Below are positions 26,071 to 40,559 of a stretch of 64,000 bases of DNA, piece after piece. The position numbers were made by a program, and so were the translations under genes. Below the pieces are notes generated by a model, which worked only from the letters and a program-made list of their open reading frames with translations, was not told the DNA's origin and made no database searches. The first letter of the stretch is position 1. Every line of letters starts with the position of its first letter. Source of the DNA: Octopus bimaculoides (lineage: Eukaryota); contig NC_068981.1 of assembly GCF_001194135.2 (NCBI RefSeq), forward strand, positions 124,818,137 to 124,882,136. The letters are read 5' to 3'.

Positions 26071-29000
26071 ATATATATATATATATATATNNNNNNNNNN
26101 NNNNNNNNNNNNNNNNNNNNNNNNNNNNNNNNNNNNNNNNNNNNNNNNNNNNNNNNNNNNNNNNNNNNNNNNNNNNNNNNNNNNNNNNNNATATATATAT
26201 ATATATATATATATAGTTCAAATTTACAGAAAACAAAACATGAAGACAGGTGAGGGAGCAACAAGCAGGTATATTAGTTTGACACTCAAGAAGAATGGAA
26301 AAGTTTTTGATGTTTCAAGCCTCTTCAACAGAAAGGATTGAGAGGGGGGGAAATGGAGAGAGCACGAAAAAATGGAGAGAGAGAAAAAATGTGTAGGGGT
26401 TAACAGTTCAACATGATGAAATGACCAGAAGAAATATAATGCCCTGGGTAATGACATTACACTACATCTGGTGGCACAGTTCCAGTTTGGGAGCACTGGA
26501 GTTTTGTGGGGAGTATGGAGTCACCCCTTAATTACCATTACTCCCTGGTTCATTCTGACTCAGAACAATGGTACTTGTCAGGGCCTCATCTCTGAATGAA
26601 ACAGATTTTTTATAAGGGTAGATTGAGCCCCTTATCTGCAATGAAAGCAATCAGTCAAAATAGAAAACTCCAAAGCCAAGAAACACACACCCTTTCCAAT
26701 ATGCCCTAACATAAATGGCGGCAACTATTTTAATGATGGTGTGCATTCTACCACAGGTAGAGCTAGAGGGAAATGATTATATAAATATATAATCATGTAT
26801 TTTTTAAAATCTTTTAGTCAGGTGACAAGGCAGTAACCAAGACCCTTTAAGGCCAATGAAATTGATGAGAGGGTATGTGTATGTATATCAGAGAGGGTGT
26901 GTATGTATACACACACATGCCATATATATATGTGTGTGTGTGTGAGCGCATATGATCTGTGTGTATGTGTTTGGCCACTATTAACTTCAAACTTGACAGA
27001 AATCTTTTCAACATACAATTGCTGTGGGCAGTTGTATGCTCGAATCTTAACAGATCACTGACTTACAGAATACTGATGACTGCTCTTATAACTTACACTT
27101 CAGAAGCCCTACAAGTAATCATAACTTAAGAAAAAAAATTGTCAATGGTACACTGGCACAGCTCACCTACCTGCCCACTTTTGTCAACTCAACACCAACA
27201 ACTAGTCGCACCCATTCAATTCAGAAAGTGTGACCATATCATTTCCAACAACTGCACACTTGATGAAGTTTTCAACCACCTCAGGTAGGCCCCTATATCC
27301 TTTGAAAGGCCCAGAAAGAAAGATTTTCTATCCAACCATCTCAGCCGCCATACCCTAATTCTTATACACTGTATGAGTACAAGACATAGATCCCATGCAG
27401 CAAACACATTAAGAGCTTGAAGGTCTTTAATAATACTTCCAATCATTGGCAGGATAGGATTATGTGCACAAAAAAATCTTCTGCTGAACCAACACCAAAG
27501 AACCCATATTATATACATCAACTGAGATGGTTCAAAAATGCAGTAGACCTATCTGGTTTATGCCACCACCTCTCCCATAGGATCTTCTATAGCCATCTGC
27601 TTCTTGGTCAACGTGTGGCTAAAGGACTAAAGAAACTGTTGAATGGCCAAGTGAAGATCACTTTGAAAAGAAACAGCTTCAATCCTTCAAAAGTGCTTCA
27701 CTGTTTGCCACTCATTTAGGCATTCCCAATGATGAAGGAAATTGACACACTCTCAATTCTACCAATAGAGACAGGCATAGAAGCATTGCATGTAACATTA
27801 GAATTGGCTCTTCCAACTAAACACTTACATGTCCTGTCTGTAACTGAAGTTGTACAACAAGGATTAGGATGAAAGGAAAGATGATCCACAATGGATTTTC
27901 ATTGGGCAACCATAAGCACATGCATGTGCATATTTACATGTGCATTTGTGTAAGGAGCACATGGGGCTGAAAGGAGATTGTTATCCAGTACAAGTGTTCT
28001 GATATCTCAGGAAACAATTACTTAAAAGTAATTTTATAAAGACATACTTTCTTTGGGAGAGACACAGACAGGCAGAGAAAGAGAGAAACAGGCACACAAA
28101 GTGAGAGTGACAAGGCAGACATAGATACAGAAAATTCTTAGGATTTCCAAAAACATCCAGTTATTCATTTAATAATATACCAAAATATTTGTCTGTTTCT
28201 AATTTATTTAGTCTCTCGTTTGTTTATATATGCTCACATACCAAAATATAGTCTACAGTCAATTGAGTGCATGTGTGTGTGTATCACCATCATCATCAAT
28301 GTCATCAGCATTTTAACATCCCCTTTACTATGCTTGCATGAGCCACACATAACTTGTGGCAGATTTTCTCTAGCCCGACATTATTCCTATCAGCAACCCT
28401 CATGTTTCTAGGCAAGATTAATATTCCTCTTAATGCTTCAAACAGCTCACTGACCAAATATATTTCCATCAAATATAGACCATTTGTATGAACAATGACT
28501 GTTTTTGATCAGTATACAGATGTCAAGGCAAGAAGGAACACACGTGCACATGTGCTTCTTTACAGTTTCCATCTAATAATTCAGTCACAAGGCATTGGCC
28601 AGCTCGTGGCCACAGATGACATCAGTCAACAGTGACAAAGTGGGGAAGAAACTTTATGCCATGTAGTTCCCATGTGAACATTTTAACCACTCAGCCATAC
28701 ACATGTGTAAGTGTTCAGAGTCTAACACTGTAATTCTCCAGTCATTAAAATATCAACACATTAAAAGACAAAATTTATAAATTCAACAAAATCAAGTTAA
28801 TTCAGTAGTAAAAGAAATACCAAATTTGAAAAGGAAATACATTTTGTTTCAAAAGACTTACTGAGACAAAATTATCACTGCAAAGAGAGAGGGGTGGAGT
28901 GCATCTTATATATGAGAAAGAAAAGAAGGAAAGACAGGAAGAGGTGAGAAGCAAAGACAAGTGATAGATAATGCAAAAAAAAAAAATAATACATAAATAA

Positions 29001-30169
29001 AATAACCCTAGAAATGGCAATGAACCACTTGATAACAGTAATAAAAGAAACAAACTAATGATTCCCTGAAAACATAAAGTGACATTACCAAATACCAGCT
29101 TAATTTTCTAATAACCTACTTCTTTAAGTCAACACACTGTCCTTGGCTTTGTTTTGTCTCAGTCACACAGCACATAAAATATCAATACACAATTCACATG
29201 TGTATTTTTCTCCAGGGGAATTATAGCTTGCTTAAAGTTAACAGCATCCTGAATTTCCAAAAAAAAAATTTTAATAGATTAAGAAATATTGGTGGTAATT
29301 GATAATCTATACCTGAACAAAATTAGTCCTTCAGTTTACTTAAATATAAAGAACTGGTTCTTCTCACAAGGGAAAATCTCTAATTATAAAAAAAAAAGTT
29401 AAATTATTCATAATAAAGAAACAATATTCAAATATGAATTTGCCAATCTGTTTAAGACTATTCTCTATGTTTTAGGGTCTTTCAATTCTTTCAATGCAAG
29501 GAGTGATTTTAAAACAAAAATTTCAAACTGATGAATTTCATTTTGTTTTGTTCTGTTTAGCCCCATGTCAACCCCAAATTAAACAGACTTATGAACAAAG
29601 GCATTCCAGCCATGACAATTTCAGTTTTTTCTCAAGTACAGTGCACCCAGAAAAACATTATTCAATGTGTTGGTTCTTTTCTAAGACACTAAAGTATGGT
29701 TTGAGGAGGATTTGGTTGCTATTTCTAAGTGGCCAGATAACAATCACACACAAACACAAAATTATGTGACAAAGTCAAGAAATGAAGATAACACAACTAC
29801 TTCAATTTCAATAGGTCACTAGGATTAGTGTGATAGTGATGGTCTACATCAGAATGGGTTAGATTAGAAATAAAAATGAAAAATTAATGTGCTAAGTAAC
29901 ACATGGAGTAGAGTAAGAGACCTATAACATACAAAACGCTGCAAGTTTCCATGAGACAACCTGGTGCAAACCACACACTCAATTCATGGATTAAAGTAAA
30001 ATCCTGGCTAAATGGGCAGTGATATATGTTGGACTGGTATGGTAGCTAGAGTCAGAAAGCCCAGAACAAAACAAAAGGAGAAAGGGTAGATAAAAGAGAA
30101 ATTAACTATATCTGATATCTACGTCAAGTATACATAGCAAGGAGATAACCAGAAAGAGTTTTGCCAAAA

Positions 30170-30760
30170 GTATGGCAACATGAGAATCAAAGGTGAAATG
30201 TTTCAGATTGTAAAGTAGTGGATCAGTATGAATCAAGATGCCATTGGTGAAAAACAGTGAATGTAATAATAGTGGAATATTTACTCTAACCGAATGATGA
30301 GAAGTATGGAAATGCTATTACAAGTTGCTGAAAGAGGATAAGAATCTACCCCGGGTAGACTCAAAAGAGAGACTAACAACTGAGTTGACAGCTACACAAC
30401 TGAAAAGGTCATTAAGAAGAAGAAGACAGCAACCTGTCCATCAAGGATAGTTACTGAGATGCTGAAAATTTCCAGTGAAGTAGGACATGAACTAGTTACT
30501 TGCACAGCAGGCAGTATACAAAGTGATCTGATCCAATAACTGATTAGCAGTATCATCATCAACAGTGACAAGGACAAAGGCAATGCTCTAGAAAGAAGCA
30601 ACTACAGAGGCATCAAATTGATTGAACATATTATTGAAAAGTGACAAATAGTTATAGCAAAATTAATTAGGAAGAAAATTAGGTTAGACAAAATGCAGCT
30701 GAGGTTTCTACCAGAATAGGATACAACTCATGCCCACTTAGGAACAAACCACTGTGCTAG
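30170..30760 (+). mobile_element. Decayed RTE-clade LINE reverse transcriptase fragment
   Basis: Broken frame ...TATCPSRIVTEMLKISSEVG...SSIIINSDKDKGNALERSNYRGIKLIEH...IRKKIRLDKMQLRFLPE*DTT. This matches the pre-RT/RT domain 0-1 pattern GKAxGP..SIIV..YKGKGD...NYRGIKL...MQFGF. Confidence 0.8.
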
Positions 30761-31585
30761 GATAACAATCTAGGAGAGAAATTTAAAGTAATGCTACTGG
30801 AAGGAACCTGCAGAAGAAGGAAACCAAGGAAGACATAAAAGGAAGTAATGAAAACTAATCTCCAGAGGCTGAAACCTCTCTCACAAAGATGATGAAAAAA
30901 ACTCACAACAGGTGATGAGACATTGTTCCAGAGAAGACCCATCCAACCCATGCAAGCAATAAAAAACAAATGGATGGACAGGGAGAGAGAAGGAGAGGAA
31001 GAAGCAGAGGAGATGTACATACAGGACCAACGCACTCCAGCTTATCACAGTAGATTGATAGAAAATCTTCAGTAAGATGGTTAGCATAAACAAATGCAAC
31101 CAGTCACTACTATCAGCATCATATCAAGATTATTATTTGACTCGAGACAGTAGCTTCAAAGATCAGTGAAAACTGGAGTGTGCCAGGGCTTCTTTTTTCT
31201 TTCTTTTTTTCTTTTTTGCTAAGTATTGCGTGTGTGTGTGCGCGCGCGCATGAGTGAGTGAGTGAGAGAGAGAGAAAGCATGCATGCATGTGCATTGTAC
31301 TTCCCAAAATGTTTTACACTTCTAAACAAATACATCTATAGACACCATGGTGGCACTGAAAGTAATACACATACACAATTAAGCCAATAGGTAGTTGCAG
31401 TTAAAAGAAACACGGCACTGAAGCACAAATTGGTATAGATGACGTTATCAAGTGTGTTGTTAAGCAGGTTCAAACTTTCCTGCTGCTAGCAGCTTCATTC
31501 AACCTTATATATACACATACTTTCACAAACATAGATACAAACAGATAGACACCTACATATACATTACACACACTACACACGTGCT

Positions 31586-31626
<41 letters not shown>

Positions 31627-32269
31627 GAGTAGGAAGAGGATGTAATTGACTTACACTCCTCTCAAGTTATTTCTTACAACAATAATACAACACCCATGAA
31701 ACTCACTCCAAAAAACTAGGACACTAGAACAGTAAATTATTTATGAACTTACTCTTAGTTCATGTAAACAACTAATTACACAAACAAGCTCATCAGTTCA
31801 AATCCTGCCAGAATCCAGTTCACTTCTTTTTTTCTTCTAGGATCCATAAAATAAATATTTTAGTTGTTATGCCCCTCTTTTAAAATATATTCATTTATTC
31901 TTGGTGTTAGGAAAGACATCCAGCTGTAGAAACATTGCCAGATCAGATTGGAGCCTGGTGTGGCCTCCTGGCTTGCCTGTCTCCAGTCAAACTGTCCAAC
32001 CCATGCCAGCATGGAAAATGGACATTAAACGATGATGATGATGATGGTTTAGACCATTAGACTGTATGTACACACCTAGATAGTGAGTGAAATTTGTTGC
32101 TGGAATGAACTTGTGCAGAAGTGTGCATGTATATGTGCATGCATGCATAAATAAATAAAAAAATAAATAAATAAATACATACTCGTGTAATTTTGTAGGC
32201 ATGCATTTATGCTATATATGCATGCATAACAACATATCAAGAAAAGGTACATAGATGGAACAGAAAACA

Positions 32270-32990
32270 TGATATCCTATCCAAAAATAAAGGTATTTTA
32301 AAAATCAAAAAATATCAACTAGATAACAGTTTACTCAAAGTAAGCAGCTTCGGCCTTCAAGACAGCTTCAAGGCAGTTCTGCAACCAGGAGCATGTGTTC
32401 TCACAGTGATACTGGGAAGATCTTCAGACATCTCCTTGACCTTGGCCACCAGCTCAGCCTTGATGTCACAGGAAGAGCAGTTGGTGTCTTTCTCAACTAC
32501 ACCCTACACATAAGTAATCCATGGGATTACAATCAGGGAAATTACAAGGTCAGAAATTGAGGCTGGTGAAGTTGTAGAAATCCTCCAACGACCATGTTTG
32601 ACTCTTTTCTGAGACATGGCAAGGAATCAAATCCTGCTGCTACACATGCCTTTCAGCAACAACCCTCAACAGCTAGGGTTTGATCACGGTTTCCAGCAGC
32701 ATCATATAGATGTCTGATTTGAGCTTAAGGCCCTGTGCATGACATCACCCTCGCTGGAGACACATTCAAAGATCATCACCTTCCTGCTGACCACAGTTTC
32801 ATAGTCTCCATTGCAGCTGTCCATGTCATGTCTTACAACCTTCACAGTTTTCACAAAGCACTGAGCAGCAGTCCTGATATTGGTACTTTGATACCTGCTG
32901 TGAATCACCAAAATACAAGTAACTCTTTTCCAATATTAATATTTTTCCAATATTCAAAATGGCTTCAAGTCCTCAGCTAACTTTTCTCAA
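32270..32990 (-). mobile_element. Internally deleted maT (DD37D) transposase pseudogene
   Basis: The minus strand encodes VMIFECVSSEGDVM ... QQD-LIPCHVSEKSQTWSLEDFYNFTSLNF*PCNFPDCNPM-DY. I counted 37 residues between the second and third Asp. Stops and frameshifts are present. Confidence 0.85.
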
Positions 32991-33636
32991 CTACAATTTT
33001 AATCTTTATGCTCTCCAATGCCATTCACTGTTCAATAATACAAACTGTTTCTATAACCCTCCACCCACCTATCCATCCAAAAAAAAAAAAATCAGCAACT
33101 TTAGCTCTAAACATTCTGTAGCTTTCTAGGTTACTAACCTTTTTGAAGTTAGGCTTAACTTTTCATTTCAGATAAAATACAAAACTAAATACTAGAGTCA
33201 ATATTATCAACTAAAACTCTTACAATATGTTACAGTATGGTTGTAATCTAAACACTAAAAGAAGAAAAATATATGGATTGATGACCTGGCAACTGTCCTT
33301 GGAAAATATAAAGGGGAAGCAAGAAGAAAGTAGATGATTGAAGGTATCAACTTCATATGTTGGTCTCCAATAAAGGTAACATAAGGCACTGTAATAGGTG
33401 AGGTATCAATACAAGCAAATAATATTCCATTTAGTGTACCCAGGTAAGTGATGAGTGCACAAGGTACAATGGAATCAAACACAGGTTGGCAGAAAATGAT
33501 CACACAAAAAATGGACAGGGAAATTGGATACAAGAGAAATTAAATATAGTGTGCAAGAAAGAACACAACATGGACATGTGGTATGTATGAAGTAGCAAGT
33601 AATCCAAATGGAAGATACTACTACAAAGTAAGATAA

Positions 33637-33749
33637 AAGGAAAATATGGGAAAATAAGGTGAAAACATGGGAAGATAAAGTGAAAACATGGGAAGGCAAG
33701 GAGAAAACATGGGATGGCAAGGTGAAAACATGGGAAGGCAAGGTGAAAA
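33637..33749. repeat. 21-bp minisatellite x5
   Basis: Unit aaggtgaaaacatgggaaggc. It explains the repetitive ORFs 33475-33874. Confidence 0.9.
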
Positions 33750-35119
33750 ACTGATCTCAGGAAGTTGAACTTCACAAAGGTAACACAAAAGACTAACAAA
33801 TGGCAAAAAACTATGTTGAAAAAGATCTGTCCAACCCATGCAAGCATAGTAAAATGGACATATGCTGATGACATGTAAGGATGTGGGTGACTATGTGTGT
33901 TGCTGGCAGTATTACTGCAGGCATTTCATTGAGTCTCTAAGCAAGAGATTTAATTGTCTAGCAACATAATGATTTCCTTTATGATTTTTTTTTTTATTCT
34001 TTATAAAAAAAAAATAACTCCCCATTTCCTCTGCCCTTTAAACATCAGGAGGTGGGTCTTGACTACTTCTTAAAAGATTCAACTTTGTTTCCTCACTCTC
34101 ATTTATTATCTCACTTCAAACCCATATATACACTTCCCCTGTAGCCAAGCCTAGCAAATAAAAGGACAGGGTGGATGATTGGTGTTATCTGTGCCAATGG
34201 TTAAGAACAAAATTATGCCCTATCTGCCACTACCAACATAGGTATTTATGAGTAAGGACTTTCATACAGTAAAGTAAGACTCTGCACTACAGCATTGACA
34301 CACACACACAAATAGGAAAATAGGTTTAGCCAAGTTGATAGATAATTGTAGATTAATATACCATAGAAAAACCGCTGCGTGTAAGAAAGAGAAATGTCAT
34401 AAAAACACTTAAGTTATTTAATGTGATTGAAGTTTAACATACATAGAGACCTGCATGTATGGATGTACGTAGGTGTGATAAAATGATCAAGAAGTCCACT
34501 TCACAATAACATGGCTACAAGTGTTTTCTACTATTGAATCAGATCAACACAAGCCTTGTGAAAGAAACATGATAGAGGAAACTGTACCCAGTTTAACATC
34601 ACTCCCTGGTCTTTGGATATCTTTAGTTGTGTTCAGCACAATAGCAATGCTTTGTACTATAACTTTTGAGTTGATTTTTCTTCCTCTCTTGCTCCACCAG
34701 TCTTGGAGACCAAGCAAAAGAAAAAAAGATCCTAAGTATCACCCTTTCTCTTCTGCTAAAGCCAAAGCAAAACAAGGAAAAATGTATGCAATTTTTAAGG
34801 TGACTGGTTGTTTTACAAATTCAGGTGGCAAAATTTGCTTTTTGAAGAGTAAAACTTTCAAACCTCTACACAGTTATTGATTAAATGATTACTTTAGATT
34901 TATTCATTAAGAGCCTTTATCACATTATATTATCTATTCATTAGTTTTTATGCCATTTTTCCAAGCTAGTATAGATTAGATGGACACACACACACATCTT
35001 TATCTTAGACAGGTCACTGTTATCCCAAATTCCATTCAACAACCTCCTTCTGGTCATTTTGAAACACAAAACTGTTAATTTAGACATGTTTCCCACCCCA
35101 CTCACCATTTTCTTTCATC

Positions 35120-35240
35120 ACTTCTTTCTATTGAAGAGTGTAGGCTCAAAACATTAAAAACACTTTACCATCTTCCCAAACTAATACACCTTATATGTTG
35201 TTCACTCACCTGTCTTTTGTTTTTTGTATATATGAACCAT
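35120..35240 (+). mobile_element. Short Penelope-terminus-like repeat with degenerate hammerhead core; related copies at 26221-26345(-) and 62985-63090(-)
   Basis: All three share ctttctRtWgaagag(yr)taggctYRaaaYRt...aaactaatacaccY...ttgttg...ctcacctgtc. Confidence 0.55.
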
Positions 35241-35243
35241 ATA

Positions 35244-35279
<36 letters not shown>

Positions 35280-35929
35280 ACACACACAGAGTTACAGTAA
35301 TACTATCAACTCAGGGTACCTGATCCAACTGTGTACATTGTGTAGTAGAGAATACACAGTTTTATCCAACTGAAACATTGCAGTAAATTGTTATAAGCAT
35401 GACAAAATTTCTCAGACATACACTACAGTTAAGGTTGTTGCTTTTTAGCTTTTTTTTTTCCTTAAGATTATCCTACTAACTACTGGAATCATTTACAAGA
35501 TTAATGCTAGACTAAGCTTGCTCTCAAAGTATTAGCTGAAAAATATAATTTACTGGTGTAAGGTGAATGTTACAGGTGATGGGAATAGCAGGAATATTCT
35601 GAACAAAGCGTGCGTGCATGCGTGCGTGCGTGCATGCGTGCGTGTGTTTTAAATTAGTACGAACATTTTTTATGCATAGGACATCAAAACACTGAAGTGT
35701 GTAAAGTATGTATGGTGTTTGAACTTTAATAAAGAGGTAAGGAAGGGTGGAGATATTGCAAACTTGGAACAGCAACTGATATTTAAATAGACATCAACTT
35801 TGAGATAAAAGTGTCAAAATATGAAATGTCTATCAAACATCAGCAGTTTGGCACAGGCTATATAACTGTTTTGCTTTACTGACATCAAGTCTACTTGCCA
35901 ACAACAAAACAACTGTTTCTAATTTAGGC

Positions 35930-36545
35930 ACAAAGCTAGGAGTTTGTAAGAATGGGAGTTTAAGTAAAATCATTGATTCCCAATATTTGAATGGTTGCTG
36001 TATTTTATGGACCCAAAAGAATGAATGGCAAAGTCGATTTCAGCAAGATTTCAAATCAGAACAAAGTACTGTAGCCACATAGTGCAAGATATTTTACCCA
36101 ATGCTATAATGATTCTTCTGTCAATTCACAGCTATAAACTGATTTTAGTTTAGGTACAATGCTAAACCAGCAATTTTAAGGGAGGTCTAGCCAATTACAC
36201 TAACCCTAGAAGATGACTGGTACTTTATTGAACTTCAGAAGGATGAAAGACAAAACTGAACATGGTAAGATTTGAACTCAGAATATAAAAAGCTTGAACA
36301 AATACTGCAAAGCATTCCCCACCCCCACCAGCAGGAAAATGATTCTGCTAATCAATAATAATAATTCTAATAGACACAAGTCCTAAAATCCTGGAGGAGA
36401 GGATTGTCGATTACATCCATTCCAGTGCTCAATTGGCATTTAATTTACTGATCCTGGAAGGATGGAAAGTCGAGTCATCTTTAGCCAAATTTGAACTCAG
36501 AACACAAAGAGCAGGAACAAATACCACAAGGCATTTTTCCCAACA
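35930..36545 (-). mobile_element. Cluster of three decayed SINE family B copies
   Basis: The reverse motif gatttgaactcagaa or a variant recurs near 36050, 36270 and 36490, each preceded by a degenerate actggtactttatt. Confidence 0.6.
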
Positions 36546-37948
36546 CTAAGAATACAGAGCCAACTGAATCTACAGCTTGTATTATTGCTATTTCCTTTAT
36601 CAAAGACGATCAAAGTTAACACAGTATATGAACTCAAAAATATCAATAATTATTTATTTACCCTAAAAAAATAATCAAAAAAATATAACTTGGAAAACAG
36701 ACATCATATCTATGTATGAGAAGCTGCTATTGCTTAGTTTCAGGGCAAATCTGATCCAGCAAACCTAAGATCAAAGTGTTCAAGCTACAACTGCCCAGTC
36801 TTTTTCACAGGTAGTCTGCATCAAAGATATATTATCCAATGTGCACTCCCAATTTTCAGGCAGGATATGATTTGATGGAAATTTAGCAGTTGTTTCCAGC
36901 AGGATGAATAACCCTGTAAAGTCACCATCCTTGCTGGCTCAAATGTGAAAGGTATGAGCATGATAATGGTGAGAGAAATGCGTTGATGTTTTAAAGTGCT
37001 TCTAATCCTTCTTCAGAGTCCTTCTGTCGGAATCCATTATATTTGTACAATTTGTAACAATTGCTAATGACAGCCTTCTGGAAAATACGGTACAGCTCTT
37101 TCTCACCAATATGAAGAGTGGCTTTCTATTAAATATGAATGTACAGCCATGTAGTTAAGACATTCCCTTCTCAATCACATGGCTCCAGTTTAGATGCCAC
37201 AGCACTCCACCTCAAGCAAGTATCATCTATCATAGCCTCTGGTTGACCCCAAGTTTTTTTTAGTGACACTAAGAACATAGGAATTGTTTGAAGGTTCATC
37301 AGATGGAATGTACCAATCCTTGGGTATCAGACTAAATCAGTCACTCAGTTTAACACTAACACCTGATCCTTGGGGTCCATTAGCAATGTTCCCACAACTG
37401 AAAGCATTCAAACAAGATCCCAGTCTGAAAATAACACATAAGTTCAAATTTCTTCTCTTTCTTCTACCAATCTATAAAATCCCTCAAAACAAAACAAAAA
37501 ACAAAAAAAAACTCATAGGCATGGCATTTCTCCTCTAACTAAACTACAAAATAATTTACTCAACTGACAGAGATTCTATCAATGTTTGACAACACCTCAC
37601 AAGTCAGGTACCTATCCCTGCAAACAACAGCCCCTTCAGAAAGATGAACATTGAAAAGGGAGAGTCCAAAGAAAAGCAAACCCCATCAGATACCTCTTTC
37701 ACCCCCACTACACAGCCACACATCAACAAATTAATGCAGGGTTACCCAATGATTGGTGGTGAAAGACATGTCTGCAGTAGATGTGGTTTGTCTATCTAAG
37801 AAGTATTTGAGCAAAGGTGGGGCTGGAGGAGTTAGAAGAGGCCCCAAATAGACATGTAATTTTAAAATTTACTATTATAATTCTACTGTTATGCTCATAA
37901 AATTCTCTCTAAAAAGTTAAGACTATGAAATAAATAACAAGGACAGCA

Positions 37949-37981
<33 letters not shown>

Positions 37982-38429
37982 CGTGTGTGCACATGCGCAC
38001 GTGATATGTTGTAATTGAGTCAAACTCAAATGACATTTAATTCTCCTTGAGTATTTTTAGATAGGGGAATGAACTTAGTTTAAAGCCTAAATCCATACAG
38101 TGTTTCAACAATGTTTCATTGATAATAACCTCTAAAAACTGTAAAAAAAAAACACACACAAACTGTTACATTAGCAACTCATAATGTAGATATGAAAACA
38201 AGCTTCAATGTTTTTTGCTTTGTTTTTCTTTTTTCTTTTCTCTTTGACTTTGTCAGAGGAGGGAGGACAGCATTAATGACCTTTTTCTTTTTCAAGGGCC
38301 TATGATGACTGGTGGTAGATAATTCTTCTCAGACTAGAAACCTGGTACAACAGAGTAGATTCTGCTCTAAGTACATATAAACCAAATGACAGTATTGAAC
38401 AGATTTAAGCCTACCATTGATAAACATGG

Positions 38430-38431
38430 TA

Positions 38432-38486
<55 letters not shown>

Positions 38487-38493
38487 TAATAAT
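38430..38493. repeat. (TAA)n microsatellite
   Basis: Read directly. Confidence 0.95.
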
Positions 38494-39482
38494 AGTGCAA
38501 AAATAAACCACTTAAAGGTAAACTTCAATGACTAAGCCCTTTATTAGATACAAAATAGTCAATAACAGAAATGAATGAAAAAATGTACAGTACATCCATT
38601 GGTTGTAATGCCACACAGCAACAATTTTACCTTTGGAAGACCTTGGCACTTAAATAAATGAAGCTATTGTGGAAGAGATTTAAGTTGTCAGCAGAGAACA
38701 CCAGATCTTTAGAACTTACCAGCAAATAAGGAATTAGTGTATTACCAAAGTTGAATAGATATCAAGTATTTACAAATGAATAAGACAACAATCTTAACAG
38801 TGATTTTATCAAACATTAATGAGAATAAATCTCTCAAGAGAAGTGGAGAGGCAGGGTGCAAAAAAAAAAAAAGACCCTGAAACTGGCTAGCTTATCTACA
38901 AAATACTTTACATGTAGCCCTAATAATATGAGAAATACTAAAGACACCATTTCAACAATATTACAGTGATTATTATTATTATTATTCAAAACACAAACGC
39001 CTTGTCATTTATTCCAATGCTAACAGCCTAATAAAAGACCTATCGTTGGAAGTTAACCTTACATAACTAACATTACAATATGTTTATTATGCAACACAAT
39101 CAGCTGATTTGCTTTCATTAACTTTTAATGTGAAGTGATGTCTATTATAGAGAGTGGGGAATATAACAGGTTTCAGAATTTTAGATTATTAATGAAACAT
39201 GAATTATACAAGGATTCTAAGTTATGGTAAGTTTAACTGATGATAAACTGATTAGTAGGTCATTAAAAAAAGTGAATCTATTACAGCATGAAGATTGACA
39301 CACCTAAAAGTAATTAGCTTGTCTGGTTTTTAATCATTTTGACATTGCACATTAACCATGTCATTCTTTCCACTTTTACACCTCAGTTTCCAACACCAGG
39401 CAACACCTGACCATTTCACCGATTAGCCATGAAATTTACATTCATTTATAAGAGTTTTTTTTTTCTTTCTCATTCTGTATTA

Positions 39483-39515
<33 letters not shown>

Positions 39516-40559
39516 CAATGCACATCATAAGATTAATAAGGAAAGCATCATAAGATATTCACAATTAAAAACAAAATAGAGAGTGTTACATAAAAGGAAA
39601 ACATTTTGATATTGTTAAAAATAAAATATCACTTTAATGTTAAATATAACATTACTTAAAGATTTATTGAATGCCTATCATAAAACATTAAGATGAAGAA
39701 AACTTATCTCAGTTTATGGTTAATCCAAAACTACACTAAAGTTCTAATGATATTATTTTTTAGTGTATATTTTTCACAAGAACAGTATAGTTAATGATGT
39801 TAATGAAAGAAAGTTTTAAAATCATTATAAATGATGTCATTATTTAGTATTGCAAAAAGCTTTATCTACTCTAATCCAAGACAGGAAAACTAAGGCAAAA
39901 ATTAATAGACCAGGTGGAAGTTCTGATAGATAAATCAAAACTCTCATTTCAATAGATAAGATTGTAAACATTAGCTGTGATAAACCCGATACAGAGAAGA
40001 AATCCACACATTTGTCAGTTGGTATAGAGGCTGAGAAATTTACCAGCTTAGATGCAAAGGAAGAATTTCAGATGTCAGTGTATTTGCAGACTGATGCTGA
40101 AAATATGTAAGCTAAAAGAGAAAAAGATATATAGGCATACATGCTCACATACACACACAAAACAAAACTTAAACAGGTAAAGTTGAATAAGTTACAATGC
40201 AACAGCTCTACATAATAATAAAGCAAACCAAGATGTTAATACTGTGTTGCACAGTTACTGCAGAGAAGCAAGAAACTGCCAAGAAAAAAAAAAAAGTAAC
40301 TAAATATATTTCCATTTGGCTAAACCTAGTTGGAGCATGTAAAAACAAAACTATTTGAGGAATATTTGTGAAACTATTATGGATCTTCAGACAAAACTAA
40401 AATGATATAAAATGTTTGAAATATCAAATCTAATAGTTTGACACTCCTGATAACCAACTTCATATTTTGGTATCAAAGAAATACTTATTTCTAAAAAATG
40501 TTAAACAAAAATTAAGGAAGGCTTCTCTAAGAATTTATCTTTTACTCGTTTAGATCCAT

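Noticed and set aside
27180-27900. Overlapping ORFs of about 100 aa in less AT-rich sequence
   Set aside because: No recognisable domain or motif. It could be a very old repeat but cannot be assigned.
33637-33749. Regularly spaced repeats resembling a CRISPR array, also 52437-52619 and the 16-bp x3 at about 3130-3180
   Set aside because: They are contiguous tandem units with no unique spacers and no cas genes, in a eukaryotic context.
34521-34880. 119-aa ORF with a hydrophobic stretch
   Set aside because: No true ATG, no homology I recognise and no splice support; expected by chance.
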